DNA from: Octopus bimaculoides
Taxonomy: Eukaryota
Assembly (NCBI RefSeq): GCF_001194135.2
Contig: NC_069001.1
Coordinates: 31,164,814-31,200,210 of the forward strand
DNA: 35,397 bases
Reading direction: 5' to 3'
Translations under genes and position numbers: made by a program
Notes under the pieces: model-generated
Seen by the model: only the letters and a program-made list of their open reading frames with translations
What the model was told of the DNA's origin: nothing
Database searches by the model: none
Shown: one piece after another, positions 1 through 11,924 of the stretch
How the letters are laid out: each line of letters starts with the position of its first letter
Numbering within the stretch: the stretch's first letter is position 1

Positions 1-796
1 CTCTCTCTCTCTCTCTCTCTCTCTTCTATCGATTTATCCTACATTTTCTCCCTATATCACCCCGTCCCCACTGTTACACAGTTTTAAACTTTCTTCAATT
101 ATTACCCCCCCCCCTGTGTCTCTGTATTACGTTCAAACACAGTCATAAGCATAAAATAAACACACATTTCCAAACACGCAAGGACAGGCGCACTAACATA
201 TATACATGCACCCGTGTGTATTTATACAATCATATACAATACAATATATGCATACTTATTTATACACACACACACACAAATATAGACATACATACATATA
301 CATACATATGAGTATATTATACTTTGAATCACATATATATATATTATATCACACACAAAACACGGACATATGCACACAACAGATACATACATACTCATTT
401 CACCTCTAATTTGTTCATCTCTCTATCCAGCTTCGTTTTCTCTCTTATCTTTTACACACTAAATCTATGTAACTGTGTGTTTAACTCCGTCTACCTATAG
501 ATAAATGTGTGCATTTTTTTTTTCTTTTTAATTTCTCTTTTCTCCGTATGTGTGTGCGTGTAGATGTCCGTGTGAATTCATTCGTATGAATAACTGTTAA
601 TGATTAACATTCTTAAAGTGTTCTAATTCTAGTAGAAAAGAGGGTTGTGCGGTTCATGTATCTATAATTGCAAATATATCGCATGTAAATAGCTCTCGCC
701 ATACAAGAGAAATGCACGCAACTCTTATTGAAAGGAAAGTGGTCTAAATTTTAGAGATATCGTGATCTACTAATTTCCAAGTGTTATTTTTGTATT

Positions 797-1085
797 CGTG
801 GTTACGGTTTCTGTTTTGGCTGCTGTTGTTGTTATTATTATTATTACTATTTGGCTTGTGGTTGTTCTGGTTATTCTTGTTGTAGTGATTACGCTCGTTA
901 CAATTACACTTCTTGCTGGTGTTGGGAGTGACGGTGCATTTGCAATGCTTGTTTTTGTTCTTTTTGTTGCGACTGCTCTGTAAGAATTACAAAGTTGGCG
1001 ATGCTGTGTATTTTCGTACGCTTCTCGTTGTTGTTGCTGTTAGTATTAATATTGTTGCTAACGGCACAGTTACGTTTGGATTCTT
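797..1085. repeat. Degenerate (GTT/ATT)n trinucleotide low-complexity tract
   Basis: Runs of gttgtt/attatt with substitutions; explains the Val/Ile-rich ORFs 798-983 and 913-1323. Confidence 0.75.
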
Positions 1086-1154
1086 ATGTTTGATAATAAT
1101 GAATGATATAAATTATATATTTCATATATGTGTGGGTGTGTCTATATATACACT

Positions 1155-1192
<38 letters not shown>

Positions 1193-1202
1193 NNNNNNNN
1201 NN

Positions 1203-1238
<36 letters not shown>

Positions 1239-1498
1239 TATATACACATATTTGTATGTATATATGTATTTATATACACATATATATGCACATGTGTGCA
1301 TACACACGTATATATACATGTAGATGACTATATACGTTTGTGTATTTAGTTTTGGCAGATTCCTCTCCACCGATACAAGCACACACGAATGCTACACATA
1401 CACACACACACACACAATTGTCTGGGTGTCTGTGTGTTTATGTATATCACAATATATATAGAAATAGACATATATATGTATACATACATTATATTTAG

Positions 1499-1529
<31 letters not shown>

Positions 1530-2373
1530 TATACATGCATACATATGTATATGTTTACATATATACGTATATACATACATACATATATTAACACACATAT
1601 ATATTTATGCATATAAGCATAACCATATTTGCGTGTGTGCGTGTATGTATGTGTGTGTGTGTGTGTATGTGTGTGTGTGTAACAGTGATTACGTATATGT
1701 TTTTTGCTTTTCTGCTAAGCTTTCCACCAATGTAATCATTGTTGCAAGTGTTTGTTATTATTTTTCTTGTTTCTGTCTTTTTCTTCTCCCCTTCATTCTT
1801 CTGCTCTCACCTCCTACTCCTCCCTCCTCCTCTTATATTCTTGTTTCTATCTTTTATTCGCCGACAGTATTCTATTTTATTCTTCATTACTCCTTTACTA
1901 TAATGCGTTTCCATATATTTTACGAATGTCTACTATACACTCAGAAGCAGATAGCTAGATAAACAAACACACACACACACACACACACACACAATCACAG
2001 ACAGACAGACAGACAGACAGATAGATAGATAATGTCATTGAACTCAAAATTTCGAGCTATTTGCTATAATCAAACAGACAAAACTTCGAAATCACTTGCA
2101 ACATTTTCCTAATATATACATATATGTGTGTGTGTTTATGTTTATACATGTATATACATTCCGATACGTACATATATGCATATATATGTGTGTGTGTGTG
2201 TGTGTATACATACTTGCATGTACATAAATAATATATTCACACTAATATATTTCGACATACGTATATGTACATAGGTAAATAGACACACACACATATAGAG
2301 AGTGGGGAAGAGGGGAAGAGAGAGATAGACAGAGATGTATATGTATATATGAATATATATATGAATATATATG

Positions 2374-2581
2374 CAGGTACCACAGAAACAGGAAGAAGGA
2401 GTAAGAGAAAGTTGTGGTGAAAGAGTACAGTAAGGTTCGCCACCCACCGATCTGCTGGAACCTCGTATAGCTTTAGGTGTTTTCGCTCGATAAACATTCA
2501 CGAGGCCCGGTCTGGGAATCGAAACCGCGATCCAATGACCGACATTTAGCAGCCCTAACCACTGGCCGATTGCGCTTCCAC
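2374..2581 (-). mobile_element. tRNA-derived SINE family C, 5' part
   Basis: Minus strand has an A-box-like (TCGGCCAGTGG) and a B-box-like (GTTTCGATTCCC) head. GGATCGCGGTTTCGATTCCCAGAC is shared with 28120-28335 and CCACAACTTTCTCT with 15331-15555. Confidence 0.8.
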
Positions 2582-2666
<85 letters not shown>

Positions 2667-3692
2667 NNNNNNNNNNNNNNNNNNNNNNNNNNNNNNNNNN
2701 NNNNNNNNNNNNNNNNNNNNNNNNNNNNNNNNNNNNNNNNNNNNNNNNNNNNNNNNNNNNNNNNNNNNNNNNNNNNNNNNNNNNNNNNNNNNNNNNNNNN
2801 NNNNNNNNNNNNNNNNNNNNNNNNNNNNNNNNNNNNNNNNNNNNNNNNNNNNNNNNNNNNNNNNNNNNNNNNNNNNNNNNNNNNNNNNNNNNNNNNNNNN
2901 NNNNNNNNNNNNNNNNNNNNNNNNNNNNNNNNNNNNNNNNNNNNNNNNNNNNNNNNNNNNNNNNNNNNNNNNNNNNNNNNNNNNNNNNNNNNNNNNNNNN
3001 NNNNNNNNNNNNNNNNNNNNNNNNNNNNNNNNNNNNNNNNNNNNNNNNNNNNNNNNNNNNNNNNNNNNNNNNNNNNNNNNNNNNNNNNNNNNNNNNNNNN
3101 NNNNNNNNNNNNNNNNNNNNNNNNNNNNNNNNNNNNNNNNNNNNNNNNNNNNNNNNNNNNNNNNNNNNNNNNNNNNNNNNNNNNNNNNNNNNNNNNNNNN
3201 NNNNNNNNNNNNNNNNNNNNNNNNNNNNNNNNNNNNNNNNNNNNNNNNNNNNNNNNNNNNNNNNNNNNNNNNNNNNNNNNNNNNNNNNNNNNNNNNNNNN
3301 NNNNNNNNNNNNNNNNNNNNNNNNNNNNNNNNNNNNNNNNNNNNNNNNNNNNNNNNNNNNNNNNNNNNNNNNNNNNNNNNNNNNNNNNNNNNNNNNNNNN
3401 NNNNNNNNNNNNNNNNNNNNNNNNNNNNNNNNNNNNNNNNNNNNNNNNNNNNNNNNNNNNNNNNNNNNNNNNNNNNNNNNNNNNNNNNNNNNNNNNNNNN
3501 NNNNNNNNNNNNNNNNNNNNNNNNNNNNNNNNNNNNNNNNNNNNNNNNNNNNNNNNNNNNNNNNNNNNNNNNNNNNNNNNNNNNNNNNNNNNNNNNNNNN
3601 NNNNNNNNNNNNNNNNNNNNTATAATATATACTTTTGTTATTTACACCACCTGTCCTCGTCTGTTGTTATGATTTGTATATTCTCCCATATA

Positions 3693-3819
3693 TATATATA
3701 TATATATATGTATGCCTGTTTATATCGATGTATATGTATGTATATGCATACATATATATATATATATATGTATGCCTGTTTATATCGATGTATATGTATG
3801 TATATGCATACATATATAT
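3693..3819. repeat. 60-bp tandem duplication of a TA/TG-rich unit
   Basis: tatgcctgtttatatcgatgtatatgtatgtatatgcatacatatata occurs at 3711 and again at 3771, exactly 60 bp apart. Confidence 0.9.
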
Positions 3820-4410
3820 GTATATATATGTATGTAACTTTACGTTTATGAACGTGCATACATCTGTACGTGTGTTTCATTGTATTGATAAATATACAAA
3901 AATATGCGCGTTCATACTCACACGCATGCGTATGCACGTTAACACCTGCGCGCACGCATACATATGTATGTAAACATGCATGTATATGTAGCTGTGTGTT
4001 TAAAAATATACCCATAAATACGCATAAAAACCTCTCTGTACACACACTGACATATCTACATGTTACAGATATATATATGGATGTGTGTGTGTGCGTGAGT
4101 ATGTGTGTGTGTGTGTTTGGGTGTATGTTTGTGTGTGTGTATGCGGACACCTTTATATAATTATGTATGCGTATATATATCCATGTATAAAGACATAGCT
4201 GTATACTCACTTATAAAATGAATATTGGATAATGTCATGTGCTCACAAATATATGTATTATACATGTGCACGCGCACATTTATATATATTTAACTTGTCC
4301 TAATATATTCATAGACAGACGGACAACGATATAGATAAATAGATAGATAGGTAGGTAGGTAGGTAGTAAAAAAGACACACATATAAATATTTTCATATAT
4401 ATCTATATAA

Positions 4411-4563
4411 GACAGGCTTCTTTCAGTTTCCCTCTACCAAATCCATTTACAATGCTTTGGTCAGCCCGAAGATATAGTAGAAAACACTTGCCCAAGGTGC
4501 CATGCAATGGGACTGAACCATGTGTTTGGGAACCAGTCTTCTTACCACACAGCTACGTCTGCA
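4411..4563 (-). mobile_element. SINE family A, 5' half
   Basis: Reverse complement aligns to 34269-34410 and 5694-5855 (CACCTTGGGCAAGTG...GAAACTGAAAGAAGCC). Confidence 0.9.
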
Positions 4564-4915
4564 AACATACACACACGCGCGCGCACACCCATGCGTGCGT
4601 GTGCACATGTGTTTAAGTGCCTACGCTGATACATGCAATTACATATATTCGTTCCATATCTGCATGTATTTGTCTAGCGCCATTTAATTTAAATAATGTT
4701 CAATATGGAAAATAATTCTTCATATTTGACTCGTATGTCCAAACTCAAAACAGTCATTAAGTAATTAGGAATAACGTTTCTAAAAATAGCTCCCAAACAT
4801 TATTCCAATCACACGCAAACGGCTTATAAAAAGGACACAAGCGATTATGTTTTCAAAGATTCTCTTCCTCACTCTCTTTCTCCCTCCTCCTCCTCTCTCT
4901 CTTTCTCTCTCCTCC

Positions 4916-4947
<32 letters not shown>

Positions 4948-4974
4948 GCCTGTTTCTGGAAATATGTATAAATA

Positions 4975-5100
4975 TATTCTTTTATTCTTTTACTTGTTTC
5001 AGTCATTCGACTGCGGCCATGCTGGAGCACCGCTTTAAAGGTTTTTTTTCTTTTTTTTTAGTCGAAGTAGTCGACCCCAGGACTTATTCTTTGTAAGCCT
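4975..5100 (-). mobile_element. SINE family A, 3' tail
   Basis: TTTTACTTGTTTCAGTCATTCGACTGCGGCCATGCTGGAGCACC is the reverse complement of the family A 3' end at about 34595-34630. Confidence 0.9.
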
Positions 5101-5128
5101 AACCCTAACCATTCTGCCAGCTCACCGC
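5101..5128 (-). mobile_element. SINE family D, head fragment
   Basis: AACCATTCTGCCAGCTCACCGC resembles AACGATTCCGCCAGCACGCCGC at the head of the full copy (18694-18715). Confidence 0.55.
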
Positions 5129-5169
5129 ATGCTGTCGATGTGTACGCATACATTAGATAAGAACAGAAC

Positions 5170-5283
5170 GGTTTTATGGCGTAGTGGTTAAGAGCGCGGG
5201 CCACTAACCCCATGATTCCGAGTTCGATTCCAGACAGCGACCTGAATAATAATAATAATTATTATTATTATTATTATTATTAT
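5170..5283 (+). mobile_element. Short tRNA-derived SINE or tRNA pseudogene (family E) with (AAT)/(ATT) tail
   Basis: 73-nt tRNA-length body at 5170-5242 with A box TGGCGTAGTGG and B box GTTCGATTC. The acceptor, anticodon and T stems pair poorly, and a simple-repeat tail follows directly. Confidence 0.7.
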
Positions 5284-5693
5284 AATAAAGAACATGTTTA
5301 TTTGCTTTTTTCCTTTGACTGTTCTTACGAATGGCATTGTATATTTCGTGTATTTAGGTAACAGCATAATGACTCAATGGAAGATAAGAAGTCAACGAAA
5401 ATTTTGTCGGCTTCTGGTTACATGCGCATTGTGTTCGAGATAAATGTATACTACGGCATGGTGTTCATAAGTTGCCTTTACACTTTGAAAAATTCAGAAA
5501 AAATGGAAAATAAAAATAACTCACCAGAGTTCACTGGAAAATATAGGGAAGCAGATTAAAATTTTAATAAAATTTATTTCACTGGCAAAAGAGATAAGTG
5601 ATGGATCTCTGCTTAAAGAGTGATGGACCTACAATAAATGATGAATGTTGTAGAATTTATGAATACATATACATAGGAGCAGGCATGGCCATA

Positions 5694-6062
5694 GGCGCAG
5701 GCGTCCCTGTGTGGTAAGAAACTAGCTTTCCAACTACATAGTTCTGGGTTCAGTCCCACTGCGTGGCACCTTAGGAAAAGGTGTTCTACTGTAATCTCGA
5801 GCTGACCAAAGCCTTGTGAGTGGATCTGGTGGACGAAAACTGAAAGAAGCCCGTCGTATATATATGGCTGTCTTTGTGCCTGCGTTTGTCCTCCACCACT
5901 GCTTAACCGGTGTTGGTGTGATTATCTCACCGTAGGTTAGCGGTTCGACAAAAGAAAACGATAGAAAAAGCTCTAGGCTTAAAAACAATAACCCTAAAAA
6001 ATCCGTTCAAGGCGATGCCCCATCATGGCCTCAGTCAAATGACTGAGAAAAGTAAAAGATAA
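5694..6062 (+). mobile_element. SINE family A, near full-length diverged copy
   Basis: Head GGCGCAGG...GTGTGGTAAG, B-box-like GGTTCAGTCCC, body GAAAACTGAAAGAAGCCCGTCGTATAT, tail CAGTCAAATGACTGAGAAAAGTAAAAGA; colinear with 34269-34630. Confidence 0.9.
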
Positions 6063-6100
6063 AACACGTATGTGTGCGTTAGTCTATGATGACATCCATA

Positions 6101-6186
6101 TGCGTACATGGACATCCGTATACGTACAGGGATATACGTATACGTACAGGGATATACGTATACGTACAGGGATATACGTATACGTA
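6101..6186. repeat. 20-bp minisatellite (TACGTACAGGGATATACGTA)x3 plus degenerate flanking units
   Basis: Three identical units at 6121-6180; a degenerate unit at 6101-6120. Confidence 0.95.
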
Positions 6187-6716
6187 TGTGTGACGAAGGA
6201 GTTTAATAACGAAGTTTGCATCGGAGTCGAACGGCTGTATATGTATGTACATACGTATATAAGCATATATACAGGTGTGTATGTAAGTACGCAAGTACCT
6301 TGGTGCGTACGTGCGTGTTTGCGTGCGTGTGCGTGCGTGTGTTTGTGTGTGTGTAGGGGGGTGTTGATGTGTGTGTTTGCGCTAGATCATGTTAACAAAT
6401 GTAAATATGTCAATCGCATAGAGATGAGTCCTTCGTGTTATTTCGAATCACGTCCAGAAATGAATTCAATTTCCTGAGTGAAAAATTCTTCACAATATCT
6501 CTACTTAAACATATAGGCCGGAATTCATATTAGAAAAAAAAAGCAAAGAAAGAAGGAAAGAACGAACGAACGAAACACTGATTTGATGACACACCTTCTG
6601 TCTATCTATTTCTCTCTCACTTTCTCTCTCTTTTTGTCTATTTCTCTCTCTGTTTATCTATCTATTTATCTACTCTATAGCACTGTTTTCTAATCTTAAC
6701 ACGCAAGTATACATAC

Positions 6717-6771
<55 letters not shown>

Positions 6772-6894
6772 TATACATGTATGTACGTATAGATATATAC
6801 ATGCATGCATACATATATACATTCATATATGCACATAGGTATGTATATATACATATACAATGTATATGTATATATATATATACGCATCCATATT

Positions 6895-6927
<33 letters not shown>

Positions 6928-7809
6928 TCGTCGACACATCATTAACCATACAGACATACATACATTACATATATTTACGTAAGTGTTCTAGGTACTGACG
7001 TATGTATGAAAGTGCGTGTTTTTGGGTGCGCGTATGTATGTATATATGCGAGAGAGTGAGAGTGTATATACATATATACTTCTATAAAGAGATACATAGA
7101 TGCATAGATATTTAAATAGTGACTGATCCATACTCATAAACACGCACACAGATTTCTATACACTTATACATCATACATATTCAAAGACAGGCGAATAAGT
7201 AGACAGGGAGACATACTGACAGACAGACATAGAGACTGACTGACTAGCAGTGAGACATACACACATACATATACACAAATAGACATACATACATATAGGC
7301 AGACAGATAGATAGATAAAGAGGTAGATAGGTAAATAGATAAACAGACGGGGCATACGGATATTTTTACGTCTGAATATAAATATATGCAAATATATGTG
7401 CATAATTATGGGTGAATGATGTTTAGAAATCTATTACAGATTTGAGCCTGTGTGTGTGTGTGTGTGTGTGCGTGTGTGTACATGTGTGTACATGTGCAGA
7501 TGTGTGCATATGTTTTAATGTATATGTCTATGTAGATGTATATGTTAATGTAGATGTGTATGCGTATGCAAATTCTTTGATGAATCTCAGGGTCCGTATG
7601 TGTATAAGTCTGGGCGTATATGTGGTTCTCTGCTTGGGAGTTTATGCTTATACAAGTAAACATTTTTCGGGATAAATATGACGATTATCTATATCTCTTT
7701 TCTCTGGGAAGAGCTCGATGTATTAGTGAAAAGTCAGTGGCGTTGGTGAGCATAGATATTAAAGATATAGTTGAGAAACACTTAGCACACATGGAACCAT
7801 ATGAATATT

Positions 7810-8470
7810 AGAAAAGAGTTACCTATATCGTGATTTCGTATTGGATATCAAATGTCGACTTCATGACTGCTGCTCAAAGCTCTGTTAAAACTGAAAAGGT
7901 TGTATGACGTGAGATGGGCAGCAGCAACTGAGATTTCGGAGCCGTGACTAGCTGGAAAGGATACAGAAAGGGATTTGACTGCGTCTACACAACGAAATTC
8001 ATCCAACAACTCATGAACAGAGTCTAAAAGGTGAATTCGGACGGCTATGTGAATTTGCTGGATGCCGTGTTCAAACTCTGGCTTGAGAAGGTTGCTGCTG
8101 GAAGGCTATATGTGTAGTATACGGTGTGGATCTTTACCCTACCGTCGGAAAGAGTCACAAACTGTTGTCGGAGAATTTCCTCCACTTCACTACCCGCTAT
8201 TTTTGGTCTCTTAATCCCTCCGATTGATTACTGTGTGCGTAGGGGAGGGGGGCGGTTAACAAAGACACCAGCAGCTCTGCTTGCAATACTAAGGCCGAGA
8301 TGGTAGCCAAGATCAAGGTGTGCGGAAAGCTTCTCAAGAACACTGTGAGGAACGGGGGCACCAGATTCCGAAGCCATCTTGAGGCCGTGGCAGAAACTCA
8401 AGGCGTCTAAATTGAGTAAGCTGTTATCACCCAGCCACAATCTAGTTGATAGTTTTTGATTTTTCTAAAC
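7810..8470 (+). mobile_element. Internally deleted Tc1/mariner DD37D (maT-type) transposon remnant, copy 1
   Basis: From 8031 it translates as VNSDGYVNLLDAVFKLWLEKVAAGRLYV*, then GKSHKLLSENFLHFTTRYFWSLNPSD, then KDTSSSACNTKAEMVAKIK...RFRSHLEAVAETQG, with stops and frameshifts. Homologous to 14720-15310. Confidence 0.85.
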
Positions 8471-8572
8471 TAGTACGGCAGTTTATTTCAACTCCATTGC
8501 TGATCACATGTAAATCGCGAGTTTATCATGCGTGCAGACCCCATTTCAGGGGGGGGGAGGACAAAAGCACAC

Positions 8573-8624
<52 letters not shown>

Positions 8625-8628
<4 letters not shown>

Positions 8629-8734
8629 GACAGGCTTCTTTCAGTTTCCACTCAAAAGGTTTTGGTCGGCCTTGGTGCCACGCAATGGGACTGAAACTGG
8701 AAGCAAGCTTCTTACCACAGCCAAACCGCGCCTT
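8625..8734 (-). mobile_element. SINE family A, 5' part with internal deletions
   Basis: CGACAGGCTTCTTTCAGTTTCC...GGTGCCACGCAATGGGACTGAA...AAGCTTCTTACCACAGCC matches the family A reverse complement. Confidence 0.85.
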
Positions 8735-10001
8735 AAAAGCAACCGACGACTGTTGACATGTCAAATTTTGACCATGTATTTGTATTTGATCAGAGACTAT
8801 ACAGATTTATCAGTGACTTGTTTGTGTAATCAACTCTTTAACATATTAAACATCAACTTTACATATGCCAACAGTTTGAGAATTCGAGTGTCTTGTCGTC
8901 ATCAAACGTTGCCTCAGAATCGTTTTATGATTATTCCATTCTGCTTTACAATCTCAGCACGGACTACATTTATCAGTAATTTTACTGTCGAATTAAAGCT
9001 TTCATTGACTGATAGTTAAAAGCGGAGTACTTTTGCGCAATACACAAATAATGATCCGATGAAGCTGAAGTAATTATCATATTATAGGTAAGTTTGCTGT
9101 TTGACTTGAACACCTGATGAACTGGCCTTTCTACTAACACTTCCTACAAACAGAATCATATACTGAAACATTATTATTATTATTATTTCAACAACTTCCA
9201 CAACAACAAAAAAACAAAATAACATTTATGAGATTCAGCTGCTCGGATAGTTTTCTGCTTGATGTCCTTCTTTTGGAACACTGGCAGCTATATGATAGCT
9301 ATAAACGTTTGCATGCTTTTCAGCTAAGTCTAATGATCTCGTTTATGATACTGTTGATTCCAAGGATAGTATTTTATTTTCGAATAATCGTAACCTTGTA
9401 CAAACCTGATTACATGCTTCCTGAAATAAAAGCGGCGTCCGTTATCGATTTTCTTATATACTATTCCTGTCGATATTGCTTTCCCTTTACGCCCTCCCTC
9501 TAGGATTTGTAAAGCTACAAGAAATTAGTCAAAGGGTTCCGTTGGCCGTTGCTTACGAGTTATGAGTGGATATCTGGCCGTAACTTCATTCGTTGGTATA
9601 ATATAAATATATTTTAAACATTTTATAGTATTTCTCAGGTGTCACAAACCACAATAAATATGACTGTTTCGTGTAGTTTGTTGAAGTTTGGAAAATTTGC
9701 CAGAAAATTTTCAAACAAATAACGTAACAAGTGCTTCGCTACAAGAGACAGACATCAACTGAAATGGAATGGTATTGAATCACTCGAGAAGCGGAAATTT
9801 GACGATATTAAAACAAACGTGGAATAAACCTTCTGCGCGACGATAATGACGAAAGAATAGGAATATAAAATTATATCTCGCAAATGAAAATGGCAGCATT
9901 ATATCCGCTTTAAATAAGGGGACAGAACTCAGCTGTTCCTTAACAAATTTGAATTTTAGAATTATTGCATAATATATAGCATAATAGAAGTATTTTTTTA
10001 C

Positions 10002-10250
10002 CTTCTATTTGTTTCACATATTGGACATCTGCCACGCTGGGGCAACGCCTAGAAGGATTATTATTTTTATAGTCGAACAGATCGATCTCAGCAATGATTT
10101 TATTAATGTTTTCTTTTTTTGTCTGCAACGTATGCGATCGGCCTCTTTTGCCGAACCGATAACTTATGGTGGCGTAAACAAACTGACATGGGCTGTCATG
10201 TGGTATATGGGGTACAACACACACACACGGGCACACAATCACACACACAC
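10002..10250 (-). mobile_element. SINE family A, degenerate 3' half
   Basis: TAGTCGAACAGATCGATCTCAG and ATCGGCCTCTTTTGCCGAACCG align with 24631-24845. Confidence 0.7.
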
Positions 10251-10255
10251 ACATA

Positions 10256-10294
<39 letters not shown>

Positions 10295-10794
10295 NNNNNN
10301 NNNNNNNNNNNNNNNNNNNNNNNNNNNNNNNNNNNNNNNNNNNNNNNNNNNNNNNNNNNNNNNNNNNNNNNNNNNNNNNNNNNNNNNNNNNNNNNNNNNN
10401 NNNNNNNNNNNNNNNNNNNNNNNNNNNNNNNNNNNNNNNNNNNNNNNNNNNNNNNNNNNNNNNNNNNNNNNNNNNNNNNNNNNNNNNNNNNNNNNNNNNN
10501 NNNNNNNNNNNNNNNNNNNNNNNNNNNNNNNNNNNNNNNNNNNNNNNNNNNNNNNNNNNNNNNNNNNNNNNNNNNNNNNNNNNNNNNNNNNNNNNNNNNN
10601 NNNNNNNNNNNNNNNNNNNNNNNNNNNNNNNNNNNNNNNNNNNNNNNNNNNNNNNNNNNNNNNNNNNNNNNNNNNNNNNNNNNNNNNNNNNNNNNNNNNN
10701 NNNNNNNNNNNNNNNNNNNNNNNNNNNNNNNNNNNNNNNNNNNNNNNNNNNNNNNNNNNNNNNNNNNNNNNNNNNNNNNNNNNNNNNNNNNNNN

Positions 10795-11071
10795 ATATAT
10801 GCATGTATATATATATATATATGCATATATATATATATATGCATGTATATATATATATGCATATATATATATATATATGCATGTATATATATATATGCAT
10901 GTATATATATATATATGCATGTATATATACATATGCATGTATATATATATATGCATGTATATATACATATGCATGTATATATACATATGCATGTATATAT
11001 GCATATGCATGTATATATATACATACATATATATGCATGTATATATATATACATTATATATATACACATAC

Positions 11072-11136
<65 letters not shown>
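10795..11136. repeat. (ATATAT)nGCATGT-type minisatellite grading into (TA)n
   Basis: Repeated atatatgcatgt units, then a long pure TA tract adjoining the foldback element. Confidence 0.9.
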
Positions 11137-11142
<6 letters not shown>

Positions 11143-11146
11143 TTAA

Positions 11147-11722
11147 AGAATGGAGTAAACGCATATTATAACTGCATACTTTTATTCCGACATATGTTTC
11201 GAAGAATTACAATTTATGCGATCCATAGGAATCGGCGATGTTAAAAATGTAAACTTCTCCTCAGGGAAAAGTATGGGAACCAGCTTAAATGTAGGACATT
11301 ATAATCGAATATGACAACTATAGTTGGAGAAGGTTATAACGTAATTCATTTGAAAAAACCGTTGGAGATTAGAACGCTACCAGATAGTGCGTTGGACAAG
11401 AAGGGAAGGGAAGAAAAGAAAAAGGAAAAAATGGGGGAAAGAAAATTCAGAGTGTAGAATTAGGAGACGATAGGATGATATAAATCTGGTAGCGTTCTAA
11501 TCTCCAACGTTTTTTTCAAATGAATTACGTTATAACCTTCTCCAACTATAGTTCTCATATTCGAATATAATGTCTTACGTTTAAGCTCCTTCCCATACTT
11601 TTCCCTGAGGAGAAGTTTACATTTTTAACATCGCCGATTCCTATGGATCGCATAAATTGTAATTCTTCGAAACATATGTCGGAATAAAAGTATGCAGTTA
11701 TAATATGCGTTTACTCCATTCT
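11147..11722. mobile_element. 576-bp non-autonomous DNA transposon (Kolobok-like MITE/foldback) with 239-bp terminal inverted repeats
   Basis: Arms 11147-11385 and 11484-11722 are reverse complements with 7 mismatches, around a 98-bp purine-rich spacer. TTAA lies at 11143-11146 and 11723-11726, with termini 5'-AG...CT-3'. TTAA plus RR..YY termini fits Kolobok rather than piggyBac (CCY..RGG). The inverted repeat is certain; the superfamily is inferred. Confidence 0.8.
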
Positions 11723-11924
11723 TTAAATTTATATGTACTCAAATACCCAAAATATCAAGGAGTTTCTACCTCATAAACAGGAGTCACACCACAGTTATTT
11801 TGTGATCTTTGCTACCCTGGTATCTATTAACCAATTTATTTTATCCGAGTTATTTATTACTAGGAGAAAATAAATACATATAATAATATATATATATATT
11901 TATATCACAATGTTTATTATCAAC

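Noticed and set aside
5101-5110. AACCCTAACC telomere-like motif
   Set aside because: A single unit that belongs to the adjacent SINE D head fragment.
9114-9168. CTGATGA ... GAAAC on the plus strand, resembling a second hammerhead
   Set aside because: The bases next to the core (ACUG.../...UACU) do not form stem II, and I found no stem III/UH or stem I partner.
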